DNA of 63,875 nt, the filler included, from Octopus bimaculoides (taxonomy: Eukaryota): the NCBI RefSeq assembly GCF_001194135.2. It is 7 parts of 6 records of this genome, joined end to end, with 100 filler letters (N's around TTAATTAATTAA, not from the genome) between each part and the next. Parts side by side here need not be neighbours in the genome. Positions count along the whole stretch, not along the records: positions 41,461 to 47,092 come from NW_026359094.1; positions 47,193 to 56,526 come from NC_068999.1; 5 more parts are not named here. The stretch is one strand, 5' to 3'. The notes beneath the pieces were generated by a model, which did not search any database, was not told where the DNA came from, and saw nothing but the letters and a program-made list of their open reading frames with translations. A program made the translations under genes and the position numbers. Each line of letters opens with the position of its first letter. Position 1 is the first letter of the stretch. Of this stretch, positions 41,736 to 55,959 are shown one piece after another.

Positions 41736-42860
41736 GACAATGACAATGTATGGTGCCCACTACCCTGAGGTGAACGTACACAGGCTCTACATGAAGAGGT
41801 GTAAAGGTGAACATGGACTGATTAGCGTACCGGAGTGCATCAACAGTGAAAGAAGAAACATGGCAGAATACTTGGTAAACAGCAAACAAGATCTGCTACA
41901 GTACGCAGAAGGATTTACCAAAAATGGGCTTGAGAGTGCTGATGAATCCCGATCACGAATAGCCAACAAAAGAGAAGAAACCCTACTCCGCATGGAATTA
42001 CATGGTCAGTTCCACCGTGAAACTAACAGATTAAAAGACCAGGAAGCATCATGGACATGGCTCAGCAACGGTGACCTAAAAAAGAATACTGAAAGCCTAA
42101 TCATCGCTGCCCAGGACCAGGCATTGAATACCAACTTAGTGAAAAAGAATATATATACCACACGAGTGCAACGGACCTCTGCAGAATGTGTGGGAAGAGG
42201 GTCGAAAGCGTAACTCACATTGTTAGTGCTTGTGAAAGTCTTGCGCAGAAAGAGTAGAAGCGTAGACACGACAAAATAGCCTAAAACCTTCGCTGAATAC
42301 TATGCTGGAAGTATGGATATGAGGTAACGGGTGCTTGGTATCAACATACACCGGAAAAGGTAATGGACGAAAATGGGAAGGCAAAAATCCTCTGGGACAG
42401 ACTTTGACTTCCAGACTGACAAGTTATTAGAGCACCGAAGGCTGGATATAGTAAGCTTTAGGAGGGACAAACAAGAGTGCTTTATCAAGAGTGCCAGGAA
42501 TCAACACATTATCATAAAAGAAAGAGAAAAGAGAGATAAATATGGAGACCTGAGAATTGAGATCGCTAAGATGTGGCAGCTACGAGAGTCGAACATGAAG
42601 GTTATCTCTATTGTCATCGGAGCATTGGGTTCAATACCACCCAACCTGAAAGAAAAACAACACTTGGAAACTTTAGAAATGCCCTATAATCTAGGTGTAT
42701 TGCAAAAACCGGCATTACTTTGAACTTCACGCATATTGCGTAAAGTACTGTCTGTCTGAGTTCCTTTTGACTTGATAAACAGTACAAACCATCGGTAGAC
42801 AAAATATCTTCAGTGAACATCACGATATTGGATACTGAGCGACGTCTTAAATAAAAATGA
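41736..42860 (+). mobile_element. Second R4/Dong-clade LINE, 5'-truncated and degenerate
   Basis: TMYGAHYPEVNVHRLYMKR..G..GLIS (RT thumb), GDLKKNTESLIIAAQDQALNT, CCHC knuckle (CRMCGK..HIVSAC, frameshifted), RRLDIV (REL), KYGDLRIEIAKMW, SIVIGALG. Confidence 0.9.
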
Positions 42861-42872
42861 TAATCCTTTCTA

Positions 42873-43076
42873 CTGTAGGCATAAGGCCTGAAATTTTTGG
42901 AGAGGGGAAAGTCGATGACATCGACTCCAGTGTTTCACTGGTACTTAATTTATCCACCCCGAAAAGAATGAAAAGCAAAGTCGACCTCAGCGGAATCAGA
43001 AATCAGAATGAAGCGGCAGACGAAATACCGCTGAACAATCCGCTCGGTGTACTTACGGTTCTGCCAGCTTGTCGTA
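42873..43076 (-). mobile_element. tRNA-derived SINE (family A core, different tail)
   Basis: Shares GTCGA..ACATCGAC..CTGGTACTTAATTTATC..GAAAG/AGCAAAGT.GACCTC..GACGAAATACCGCT with 5878-6113. Confidence 0.8.
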
Positions 43077-43077
43077 T

Positions 43078-43113
43078 ATAATAATAATGATAATGATAAT
43101 AATAATAATAATG

Positions 43114-43157
<44 letters not shown>

Positions 43158-43158
43158 G

Positions 43159-43207
<49 letters not shown>

Positions 43208-43382
43208 AATAATAATAATAATAATACAATAATAATAATAATAATAATAATGATGATAANNNNNNNNNNNNNNNNNNNNNNNNNNNNNNNNNNNNNNNNN
43301 NNNNNNNNNNNNNNNNNNNNNNNNNNNNNNNNNNNNNNNNNNNNNNNNNNNNNNNNNNNNNNNNNNNNNNNNNNNNNNNNNN

Positions 43383-43422
<40 letters not shown>

Positions 43423-43502
43423 TGATAATGATGATAATAATAATGATAATAATAATAATAATAATAATAGTAATTGTAATAATAGTAATAATAATAGTAA
43501 TT

Positions 43503-43534
<32 letters not shown>

Positions 43535-43568
43535 AGTAATAATAATAATAATAATAATGATAATAATA

Positions 43569-43599
<31 letters not shown>

Positions 43600-43628
43600 T
43601 GATAATAATAATAATAATGATAATAATG

Positions 43629-43665
<37 letters not shown>

Positions 43666-43682
43666 TAATAATAATAATGATG

Positions 43683-43738
<56 letters not shown>
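43078..43738. repeat. Long (AAT)n array with GAT/AGT variants and an internal gap
   Basis: Direct reading. Confidence 0.95.
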
Positions 43739-43743
<5 letters not shown>

Positions 43744-43889
43744 AAATAATTTGGTACGTGACTTTTGCCCACTTTGTATATATAGAGTACGAGAACTACT
43801 TCAGGATATATTTGGTAATTTAATAAAACAACTCTAATCTTGCAAACGTGTATTTTAATTAAAGAATTGGGCATATGTTACCGATAAGC

Positions 43890-44690
43890 CTTTTTATTAG
43901 AACATTCTATGAATCTGCCTTCAGTTTCGATGATTGTTTCAATGCGGGACCGGAATCGTTTTGGATATTATCTGAACAATGGTGAACATCTTGTGAATCT
44001 ATGGTATTGTGAGGCTGTCGTTTAATCTCCCTTTCAATAGTACTCCAGACCTAGTAGTCCATGTCGTTTTAAGCTTGGCGAGTTTGGATGCACAAATTTG
44101 GTGTCACAAAATCGTAAAGATTGCCAGGCATCCATTTTTGGGCTTCGTGGGCTTTGTAAGTGCCGAGTCTTGTTGAAGCAAGTATGACCTTCTGCTGCCT
44201 ACTTCACTCAACCAGGGATTAACAACGGTCTCCAGCACCTCAACGTATCCAGCAGTATTAATTCTAAAACCTTGTGGAAAGATGCGAAGTTCATGACATG
44301 ACCTTCATTACTCACCACTTCTAAAACTATCACAGTTGCTGAAACCTAGTATGCATTAATCTGGGAAATCAGAACAAACTGCTCATAATTGTCTGTCATT
44401 TCCCCTGTTAGACTTTTGGTCTTGGCTGAAGGCTTTCTCATCAGAGAAAACCCAAAGCTTGCCATGTTTTTGAGAGATTATAAATCTTGTTATGTAATCG
44501 TTTGACAGGAATCAAGCACTCTTTCTGTCTTCGTAGACATGATGTGTCTTGTGTCAATTATTCTGATAGTTTACTCCGACAAAAGAAGTTCTTTGCCGAT
44601 GGACCGCATTGATTTTCCATGGATCAACATCAATAACTGTTGTGTAGACGTCCTCAGGCTATAAGAAGGCTAGTCCAATACGTATAAATA
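43890..44690 (-). mobile_element. maT/DD37D-like Tc1/mariner transposase pseudogene
   Basis: Frameshifted FSDEKAFSQDQK..NDR, FPQGFRINTAGYVEVLETVVK, HEAQKWM..VTPNL, PNSPSL and RFRSRIETIIETEGRFIE match maT-type transposase motifs. Confidence 0.8.
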
Positions 44691-45149
44691 GCCAGACGAA
44701 AAGCGTCGGTAGACAAGACGACGAGTTCGGTTGAGTCGAGTCGTCGGAAGTGAGAGTTGAGTGGAGGTCATCCGCACGTGTAATATAACAATAATGTTTC
44801 GAACCCTTTCGACGAATTGTGGTGTCCAATCGTTTAGAATGATTTTCTTTTTCTTTTCGTGGATACAGTTGAAACTTTCTCGCCAGACGTTTCCAATTTC
44901 ATCCGAAATAAGTGTACAAAAGATTTCTCAACATTTAGAAAGTTGGCAATTTCTAAATCGCTGCATCATGCACATGTGGCAACAGTTGTTGCATGCCTTT
45001 TCATTTCCCGTGCAAGTATTTTATCTGCCAAAGAGGAATCTGAGGGGACTAAAATCCTTTTAATTGGTTTGAAGAGAGTAATATATTGAAAATAAATTTT
45101 CCTCAAATACTTCTCACACCTTGTGTGTGTATGTGTGTATGTATGTTAT

Positions 45150-45213
<64 letters not shown>

Positions 45214-45235
45214 CCTATCTATCTATCTATCTTTT

Positions 45236-45611
45236 ATCTTTTACTTGTTTCAGGCATCAGACTGCTGCCATGCTGGACCACCACCTTGGAGTATTTTTTT
45301 TTTTTGAATGAATCGACCCCCCGGTCTTATTTTTCTTAAGCCTGGAACATTTTTGCCGAACCGCTCGGTCACGAGGACGTAAACACACCACCACCGGTTG
45401 TCAAGAGGTGGTGGATAAACGCGCGCGCGCGCGCGCACACACACACACACACAAATATATGACGGGCTTCTTTCAGTTTCCGTGTACCAAATCCGTTCAC
45501 AAGGCTTTGGTTGGCCCAAGGCTGTAGTAGAAGACATTTTCCGAAAGTGCCAAGCAGTGGACTTGAACCTGGAGCCATGTGGTCAGGAAGCAAGCTTCTT
45601 ACCACTTAGCT
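45236..45611 (-). mobile_element. tRNA-derived SINE family B, full length with internal (CG)n(CA)n microsatellite
   Basis: Minus-strand head GCTAAGTGGTAAGAAGC..GGTTCAAGTCC (B-box); central repeat 45420-45458; tail ..GAAACAAGTAAAAG. Confidence 0.85.
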
Positions 45612-46380
45612 ACACACACACATACACGTATGTACGTATGTATGTATGTATGTATGTATGTATGTATGTATGTATGTGCGTATGTATGTATGTATGTATA
45701 TACACACATACACGCGCGCTGCATATGAAGTTTTGTGCTTGTTCAGCAACTATGCAAATCCGCCGAGTAGACTCTACCCCACCCGTCATCCCCTCACTAT
45801 CCCCCACCAATGCTAGTCTCGAGAACAAAGCTGGGTGTTTCCGGATCAACCTGTTCCTTATTCCTATCTTACAGATTTTTTCGTTTAACTCCCTCCATCC
45901 TCACCCACCTCCTTGTCCCATTTTCCCCTATCTTTAATGTCCTTCTTTCTGCTTCTTCTTCTTCTTCTACGTTTTATCNNNNNNNNNNNNNNNNNNNNNN
46001 NNNNNNNNNNNNNNNNNNNNNNNNNNNNNNNNNNNNNNNNNNNNNNNNNNNNNNNNNNNNNNNNNNNNNNNNNNNNNNNNNNNNNNNNNNNNNNNNNNNN
46101 NNNNNNNNNNNNNNNNNNNNNNNNNNNNNNNNNNNNNNNNNNNNNNNNNNNNNNNNNNNNNNNNNNNNNNNNNNNNNNNNNNNNNNNNNNNNNNNNNNNN
46201 NNNNNNNNNNNNNNNNNNNNNNNNNNNNNNNNNNNNNNNNNNNNNNNNNNNNNNNNNNNNNNNNNNNNNNNNNNNNNNNNNNNNNNNNNNNNNNNNNNNN
46301 NNNNNNNNNNNNNNNNNNNNNNNNNNNNNNNNNNNNNNNNNNNNNNNNNNNNNNNNNNNNNNNNNNNNNNNNNNNNNNNN

Positions 46381-46830
46381 GGAAAAAGAGGACATCAGTG
46401 GCGTTAATGGTAATGATGGTGATGGTGGTGATGATGATGATGATGATGATGATGATGGTGGTGATGATGATGGTGATGATGATGCTGGTGATGATGATGA
46501 TGGTGATGATGATGATGGTGAAGGTGATGGTGATGATGATGATGGTGATGATGATGGTGATGATGATGATGGTGAAGGTGTTGGTGGTAGCGGCGGTGAC
46601 GGTGATAGCAGTGGTGATGGTAACGGTGGGGCTGGTGGTGGTGGTAGTGGAGGTGGTGGTGGCGAAGATATTGATGGTGTTGGTAGTGAAAAATGGGGAT
46701 AATGGTGGTGGAGATAATGATAATAATGGTGGTGGTGGTGGTGATGATGATAATGGTGTTGTTGGTGGTGGTGGAGGTGGTGGTGGTGGTGAAAGTGGTG
46801 TAGCAGAATGTGGTGGTGGTGAATGGTCGT
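46381..46830. repeat. (GAT)/(GGT) trinucleotide low-complexity array
   Basis: Direct reading. Confidence 0.9.
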
Positions 46831-47060
46831 GGTGTGTGTTGCCATTGTTTAACTCCAGATAAGCTCTAATCGATCATAGACGTTCCAATCGTGACCATCA
46901 CTCTTTTAATTTTTATCTGACATAGTATATCTAGGACTTCACTTCATAATGTGCTTTTCTCCTTTATAGACGGTAGGGGTGTGTTTTAAAGAAAACTTAG
47001 CTGTTATGTCTAGCAAACTGAAAGACAGAGCAGAGGCTAAGGAGTTACCACGTGCACACA

Positions 47061-47092
<32 letters not shown>

Positions 47093-48497
47093 NNNNNNNN
47101 NNNNNNNNNNNNNNNNNNNNNNNNNNNNNNNNNNNNTTAATTAATTAANNNNNNNNNNNNNNNNNNNNNNNNNNNNNNNNNNNNNNNNNNNNATTACCAC
47201 ATTACCAGTGGATTGCCAGTCTGAAATTAAATTTATTCATCATGAAGTTTTCAAACGCAGAGAGATAATTTGCTACCGTTCGTCAATTAATAAAACGGAG
47301 TGAAAGTTTAATGTCTATACTTTCTAGTTTTGCAAAACCAACCGAATGATCAAACATTTGCCTTGATGTAAGGACATTTTTCCTGTTGATTAGTCTGGAG
47401 TTCTTGTAATTGTAATTGTCATATTTGATACACTGCTATAAATTAATCCGAAAGTGATTTCATAGTATAATTTCGTTTAGCATTTCTTGACAGGGGAATA
47501 TTTACTAAAGTGGCCTCAGATGTAGTTGGATAAATTAGATTCAAATTTTAATGAGAAATGGTGCCATACCAAATTATTTCTCACTATTTTCCGCTCAGCT
47601 CCTTGTAGTGTAGGAAATATTATCTGTCTGTATATAGATATTGAAAGTTATTAAAATAGGAGAAAGATAAGGAGGCGGATTACATTTTTATATTTTGACA
47701 AGACATCTGAACATTCTAATTCGGATACTATTCTACATTTGGATCTCCAATGTACTCTTCATTTGCTCTCTGTATGCGTTACATCAATCAGTGTAGAATA
47801 TTAGTGTAACGTCTTAGAATATAAGTATACACGCGTCGTTCGATCATAAGCATTATGAATGCTTGTACAATATAAAATTTAAGTATGTCATTAATTGAAT
47901 ATATTCTGTACATAATAATTGCACATAAGATATAAATTCCCACGTTGAAAGCCAATTAAATTAATATAGAAGAAACATGATGGGTATAGGAAGCAACTGC
48001 AATTCAATCTATAGCAGAGGGATTACTACTCCCATTCATGTTTTACAACAGGTTTCTCATTTTTAGATTTCTTTATCATTTCTTGAGCTGATTACGTACT
48101 GAAAAAAAACTACCTTAAAGATTTTGTTTTCTGTACTTTTACAAAAATTAACAGGGATAATTTTTTATCAGTTCGACTAAGAAATCGTACGGTTTGCCTA
48201 AATGATTCCATTTGATAAATAATACATCCTTCAGAAGTCATTTTCAAAACAAAACAGTAAATCACTTTGTGATAAATTTAGGGATAGTTGTCGTCTCTAT
48301 AATTCCGGCAGGATTCTAGTTCCCTTTATCCTCACCAATTTCATTATACCTCTTGTAAAACATATCCGTAATTCCACTTTTTGTTTAGAACAAGGAGCGG
48401 GAGGTTTAATGATTATACACACAGACACACATATATACTTACATAAATAGTTATACACACACAAACAGAGACACAGAAGCGCACACTCATACACTCC

Positions 48498-48559
<62 letters not shown>

Positions 48560-49681
48560 GAGAGAGGGGGGAGAGAAATAATCAAAATAAGCAACAGAAT
48601 ATCAAGAAATGATACAGTACGACCGTTTCAAGCGGCTCCATTTAATTTAACAATGTGATCATTGCATCAATTTAAATGCAGAGCTNNNNNNNNNNNNNNN
48701 NNNNNNNNNNNNNNNNNNNNNNNNNNNNNNNNNNNNNNNNNNNNNNNNNNNNNNNNNNNNNNNNNNNNNNNNNNNNNNNNNNNNNNNNNNNNNNNNNNNN
48801 NNNNNNNNNNNNNNNNNNNNNNNNNNNNNNNNNNNNNNNNNNNNNNNNNNNNNNNNNNNNNNNNNNNNNNNNNNNNNNNNNNNNNNNNNNNNNNNNNNNN
48901 NNNNNNNNNNNNNNNNNNNNNNNNNNNNNNNNNNNNNNNNNNNNNNNNNNNNNNNNNNNNNNNNNNNNNNNNNNNNNNNNNNNNNNNNNNNNNNNNNNNN
49001 NNNNNNNNNNNNNNNNNNNNNNNNNNNNNNNNNNNNNNNNNNNNNNNNNNNNNNNNNNNNNNNNNNNNNNNNNNNNNNNNNNNNNNNNNNNNNNNNNNNN
49101 NNNNNNNNNNNNNNNNNNNNNNNNNNNNNNNNNNNNNNNNNNNNNNNNNNNNNNNNNNNNNNNNNNNNNNNNNNNNNNNNNNNNNNNNNNNNNNNNNNNN
49201 NNNNNNNNNNNNNNNNNNNNNNNNNNNNNNNNNNNNNNNNNNNNNNNNNNNNNNNNNNNNNNNNNNNNNNNNNNNNTATATATATATATATATATATAAT
49301 GAAAGAGAGAAAATGGAATATACGAGAGTTTATAATTTTAATCACGACAATTGTTTCGACAGATCTAGCATCTGCAGCAGTACTTTTAGATGTGGAGAGA
49401 AACAATAAGGTTTACAAACAGAGATCCATGCTAACACTACTGTGTGGAACATGGTAAAAGGTGTAAGAACAAATACAACACAGTCAATGTTGGTGACTGT
49501 GTTTTAGTTAAATTCTATAGCATACATCTATCCAGAGTTACCTCTCTTCCGTATTTCCCAGGGATAATGATAAAAGTGGTAGCAATGCTACATCTGGGAA
49601 TGCGACAGAGGGCAACACTCTCCAGATATGGTATTTTTACATATTTTGCTATAAGACAGATACTCTTCTCCACGTAACTAC

Positions 49682-49733
<52 letters not shown>

Positions 49734-49797
49734 AGAAAAAGAAACAAACAAATAAGCAANNNNNNNNNNTCTTGTTCTTTCACAAATACCTTCTAGC

Positions 49798-49843
<46 letters not shown>

Positions 49844-50392
49844 CAACGATAATTTTCTGTTTTTGAAAGAATACCCTCGCTAATATTGATGCTATTTTCC
49901 ATTTCCCATACATTCTGAGAGTAATATACAACAGAACAAGAATTGGAGCAAAACCTTAAATGGAAATACACGAAATGGAAATTTTTCTATTAAAAAAAAA
50001 AACTTTGCTTACAGATAAACTCCTGATATTAAGAAACAGCTATATATACACGTACTTTAATAGTGTCACACCTGTAAACATACATTCATACGCGTATATA
50101 CATATACAAACACATACTATAATATATAATTGTGCTTGTGTGCAATTACTTTTGCAGGATGATGGAGACATGTGAAAAGTAACTGAACCAACGAGTTTTA
50201 AAAATGAACTTGGCTAGTCTAAGTTATTTAGTTCATGGAAATTCTAATTAATTCGGCAATCCCTCGAACTCTAATTCAGCTTTAGGAAGTAATTACAATA
50301 TCGTCTATAAATATTAACAATACAATCACACCTTACCCTATACTGTTGAATCTTAGACACGACCACGATATAGTATAGGTACATACGTGTAT

Positions 50393-50506
50393 GGAGAGAG
50401 ATAATGAGAGAGATGGAGAGAGATAATGAGAGAGATGGAGAGAGATAATGAGAGAGATGGAGAGAGATAATGAGAGAGATGGAGAGAGATAATGAGAGAG
50501 ATGGAG
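50393..50506 (+). repeat. Minisatellite, 5 x 22 bp (GGAGAGAGATAATGAGAGAGAT)
   Basis: Five exact tandem units. Confidence 0.95.
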
Positions 50507-51009
50507 AAAACAGGCTGAGAGGCTGAATCATATGAGCCGATTGACAGAGAAATAAAGAAAACAATAACACCGATTGAGTAGAGCAATGCGTATTTTTTTA
50601 TAAAGAAGTTCTAATTTAATGGAAATTTGAGAACGCTAAACCACGACGTTTTCTTTTTGTTTTTGTTTTTTTATTCTCTCAGTTATACTCATTTCACGTA
50701 TATGTTCAAGTGCATAAAATAGGACAATGGTGTGGGTTAATATTAAAATTCTTTTAAAATATGGTACTAGTTGAATACGAACACGTTCTGTTTCAACAAC
50801 ATTTATGCTTGATACGCTTGCTATCTTTTTCTACTAAAAGCACGCACTAACTTTCAACAAATCGAAGAATATTAGATGTTGCCTATCTGCGATACACAAA
50901 ATGTATTTACTCACAGTAGATTATCCTTTAAAAGGATTTCCTTGGGGGTAAAAAGAAAAAAAAATAACAATTATTCTCATGTGATACTCTGTTTATTAAC
51001 TTATTTAAT

Positions 51010-51208
51010 TATTTCTACTACAGGGGTGAGGCACAACGATAGCTTATTGCCTTGACATCAGTGGTCAAGTGGTAATTATTTATTCTCCATGAATTGATGA
51101 AAGGCAAAACAACGTTGGTGGAAATTAAATTTGAAACCTAACGACGGAAGAAATGCTTCAAAACATTAAGTCCAGTGCGCTTAATGGTTTTTCCACCTCG
51201 CCGCCTTT
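51010..51208 (-). mobile_element. Degenerate SINE family A copy
   Basis: GATGAAAGGCAAA..GGAAAT..GACGGAAGAAAT..CTCGCCGCCT parallels 6003-6113. Confidence 0.55.
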
Positions 51209-52199
51209 GTTATTTATGTAATTAGTATAGTATCATAGGAGCCGTAAGTATATAAAGATATGTGACCACTAGTTGAGATAATAGCAGTACATTAGCGATC
51301 TATGATTAATTACCTTGGATCTAAAACCACAAATTCCACTGGGAGACGTTATTTCAAATTAAACAATTGTCTGAATGCTTCATGCAATTACAATATTTGA
51401 ACTAAATATCCTAAAATGAAAATTATGAATTGTATACAATATCTTGAAAAGGATAAAGGTACAAACCTTGTGTCTATATAATGGAGTAGGTGTGTAGATT
51501 ATTGCCGATTTAGTTTCTGATTTAGAATTCCTATAAAGTATTTTTTTTCATTTGCCTATCGTAGTTGATCCTTTCCTTTCCTTAGTTTAAACCAAAACAA
51601 TATTTTGTATTTTCCATCTGCACAAATGTGTAATATTTAAAACAAGTTTTAACTGGTTGCCGGCATATGGAACACGGGTTACAATTAATGATATTTTTTT
51701 CTATATCTAAGACAGAGATATATAGATGTCCAATATGTGGAATATTCATAAAAAAACATTTACACTTGTTGCGAACGCACGGAACACGGGTTAGAATTAA
51801 TTATATCTAATTCTATATTGAGGACATATATCATACCTCTCTTCTGATGACATTAATCTCACTGAGGTCAACCTTTAAAATTACTCACGGTTCTGACCGT
51901 TACCCACGGTTTATGGTTGAGCATCCGCCAACTATTCTCAATTCGTAGCACTAAATTTTTTCATCTCCTTCAATTAGATACCACAAACACAATTGAATAT
52001 TTTCTTACCTCAAAACACAACCGATGCCAAAACCGAAATGCTCCTAAATTTGTCAAATTACCGGCTGAAGGTACATTGAACTGTGCAACACAAAATTATC
52101 GCATGCTTCACAAAGTCCCCTATATGCATAACCTCTTGCACAATTTGTCTGTGCTCCACTAGTTTTAAGTCACATAGTATTTAAAGTTTAAACGTTTTA

Positions 52200-53330
52200 T
52201 TGTTGCGCCACGTGGAACACCTAGGTATCAGAATGAAAACACTTCTGGGCATGTCTTTTCCCATCATCAACATAATAAATGTCTAACGTTCCTAGCCTCC
52301 TGCAACACACAATCGGGTTACTGCTAACTGCGCTACCACTGTTGGGGTAAAATATTTGCGGAATCTTCTGATCATCCTCTTCTAAAGAATAACACATCAG
52401 TGTACAGTATACGTAGCGAAAGAGCTCTACCTTTCCTACCCACCCAACATGCAAATGCGCACTACACACCACTGGACATACCAAAATTTTCATTCTCTTC
52501 TGGATCAGAACATATTTTAGGCTGGTGTGGGTCCCAAAATGTAGGGCTACTCCCTCGTCCGCGAAGGTGCTTGTTCTGCGAACTAAAACATGCTGGACCG
52601 AAACAGAGCAAGGTCACTTGTCTAAATGGAATGAATTAATGATGAAACATGCAACAAATTCTTGCCAATGGGTGAGCCGCCTTCACATCCTGTATGTCTT
52701 CTGTTCCTAATATAATGGCATGTTCTAGAATATGGGTGGTGACTTTTCACAACCAAGTCATTCATCTTTCCACCTGTAGTCATTTTTTTTTGTTCCTCTG
52801 AATTATCAGCCCGTCATTAAACCAGTAGTCAATCATTTCCGCCGGACTCTTTGTTTTACCTACATGTGATGAGAGGCACAAGTTTAAAATGAACATTAAC
52901 AAATTCAGTCTCATCAGTTTAGTAGAGTCTACAACTTCCATGTGCAATAAATCATCTTCCATACACAACGATTAAGAAATTTGAAATAGCGGTTAGATGA
53001 GAGTCATGGATGAGCGTCTCAGTATGACTTGGAACAACGTGAAATGTGTGATGAAAGCTTTACCTGACAAAGAGACAGTTCTTGCTTGGCGCGGCTGAGA
53101 AACACCGTATCACAAAGTGTCCTCCAACATAGTCTTATTCTTAGCACACTTTATTTCAAACTGACCTGCCGTATCTCAAGCATCGACATTAGAAGTGTAT
53201 GAGTTTCTCTACCGTGGTGCATAAAGGTGTATAATCACTTCCCCACTGCCGCATCGGGACTGGCAATTCAGCTTTTATGAAATGTCTCCAAGCCTTTTTT
53301 TTTTTTGCTCTGTATTTAGCTGACCAGGTG
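52200..53330 (-). mobile_element. Possible degraded piggyBac-like transposase
   Basis: ADEGVALHFGTHTSLKY..KILV..HLHVGWVGK loosely resembles the piggyBac motif +DE.MVPYFG+H..KQ+...YK+W....Y.GK; many stops. Confidence 0.3.
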
Positions 53331-54059
53331 GAGAGAAGAGTGTAAAATCTTCTAATATCGTTGTCCATGATTTTATTTTATTTGGCTGTTGGCTACTGAA
53401 GAGATATTATGTCATATACCATTTATGAAGACCATTTAGTCAAATCACCAACACAAACACACACATACACACAACCACACACACACACAACCATATTCAC
53501 ACAACCACACACGCACGCACACACACACGAAAACTACATGTACACAAACACGCAGACAAAGCAACACTATTGCAGGAGAAAAGCAGGGAGGCATTATTTC
53601 ACTTTCAAAATTTGGTTGTTAATAACTANNNNNNNNNNNNNNNNNNNNNNNNNNNNNNNNNNNNNNNNNNNNNNNNNNNNNNNNNNATATATACATATAT
53701 ATACACACACACATATATACATATATACACACACACACATATATACATATATAGATAGGTATATACTTGTATGCGTAGGAATTTACTATGGTATGTATGT
53801 ATATCTATCTATATGTATATATACATACATATATATATGTATATATATATATATACATACACATATATGCATACACACATATATATAAATATATATCTAT
53901 ATATGTATGAATATGCATATGTATATATATACACATATACATATATTTATATAGACAGAGTTAAATCAGTCTTGGTGAAAAGAGAATGAAATTATGAAAT
54001 AGCTTTCTAAGTAGCTTGTCGTGTAGCAATCTTGCTAAATGGATAAATCTGTCAGACAA

Positions 54060-54740
54060 TGATTTTAAATTCTAGATAGTATAGACGGGAATTACTACAG
54101 AGAAATACTCTCTAAGAGAACATGTATACAAAGATATCTTAGAATGATAAAGAAAATAGGCAAATTGAGAGCAGAATTATATCATAAAGATACACACCTA
54201 ATCGTTTATTATGGACTACACATTGCGAAAGAGAGAAATGAAATAAAATCTAGACCAATAGCTTCACAAAACTTCGATTTGCAGAATTCAAAGATCTGGA
54301 GATCTAATACGTATAACTGAACTCTAGAATATATTTACAGAAATGATTATATGATGCAAGACAGCAGATATATAAATTGGTGTTAAACGATCCAACTTCA
54401 GCTGAAAATATTTTACATAAACTTTCTCATAGTGAAGTTACAGAAAGTATGACTTTAAACGGCAAATACACGTTCTTCGGTCAAATAGCGAATATACAAA
54501 ATTGCAACAGAAAAGACGATTTTTTAAAAATGTGCCATGTATGTTGGATTTGCAACAAGTACGGAGAACAAATCATATTTTAGAAGATTCTCTCAAAGGT
54601 AACAATTCGAAGACACTGCCACGGACAATGTATCATCCAGCATTTACTATGTAAAAGCATAGAGTCTGACTATGATGTGAGACGAGCATTTTAGTAGGTA
54701 CAAAGAAGTACAATAGTTGGAATAAATTGATAAACGTTTA
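54060..54740 (+). mobile_element. Possible degraded Penelope-like RT fragment
   Basis: Remnants resembling FYGL.K.HK...RPI.S and F..NGK.Y.Q motifs in the expected order. Confidence 0.3.
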
Positions 54741-55439
54741 AAGAAGGAAAGAGAGCAGGAAATGAATTGAATTAAATAATATTTCCACGATCATTAATTC
54801 ATTGAATATTAATTTGGATTTTTCCATTTCAATCATATTCGCATCTTACGATCTGGACACGAGATCGTCGTTTGAATAACAAATACATGTATACATGTGT
54901 TTCTCTATATGTGTACATATATACTTATATATATATATATATATATATNNNNNNNNNNNNNNNNNNNNNNNNNNNNNNNNNNNNNNNNNNNNNNNNNNNN
55001 NNNNNNNNNNNNNNNNNNNNNNNNNNNNNNNNNNNNNNNNNNNNNNNNNNNNNNNNNNNNNNNNNNNNNNNNNNNNNNNNNNNNNNNNNNNNNNNNNNNN
55101 NNNNNNNNNNNNNNNNNNNNNNNNNNNNNNNNNNNNNNNNNNNNNNNNNNNNNNNNNNCTTAAATATTCTTTTGTTGGAAATAGTTTGACTAAAAATATT
55201 AGGTTATTCTAAAGAGATCAAGCCCATTTAATCTCGTACAACTACTATCCAGTGTAATTGAGATGATAGCTTCGACTCTATATCAAAATAAAATCCAAGC
55301 CCCCAAAGGAGACGCAAAATGATCCAAAGTTTTAAATTATTCTTATTCCATTGCGTAACATAAAGGCTAACATTGCTAAGAACTTCTTGGATTTATTCGA
55401 TTAGTTATTTTATGTCAAAAGATACTTAGTTCGTAGACT

Positions 55440-55915
55440 GTGGACACTGCTGTGCATGTGCACTAAGTTTTAATGTTCTAGCTCACGTCCACTCTTTACA
55501 ACACTATTTGCAAGGAACGTGTGTAGCGTGTGATCGTCGCATTGACCATTACAGAGGAGGCTGTCATGGCGGTACCTGCTCAGCGGCATGCGTAAATTTG
55601 CAGAAAGTGCATGGAAAGGAGTGTATGAACCGCACAGAAGTGTAAGATTCAGACGCTTCAAAGATGGCCGAAAAAAGTCGATATTGCCGAACTTCCGGCA
55701 GACCTGAAACCAGCAAAACTGAGATAAATACGGCAGATGTGGGTGCAGCTGCGAGAGTAAATCGGTGAATCACCATCCGCGAGGTATCAGAGGATGTGAA
55801 AATTAGTTACGGTTCAGTTCAGTCCATTGTCACTGAAGATTTCGGTGGGACGCGTGTCTGTCACGTTGTGCCAGGTTTGTTTTCGACTGACAAAAAAAGA
55901 CACACGCGTTTCCCT
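55440..55915 (+). mobile_element. Mariner transposase 5' fragment
   Basis: ECMNRTEV..SGRPETSKT..ITIREVSEDVKISYGSVQSIVTEDF..VPGL..TDKK = mariner HTH region (RSGRP, TIRE+A++VGIS.GSV..IL..DL, WVPR remnant). Confidence 0.85.
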
Positions 55916-55959
55916 TGCATAATGTCTCCTCGATTGTGTTGAGTACGATTAAAACATTG

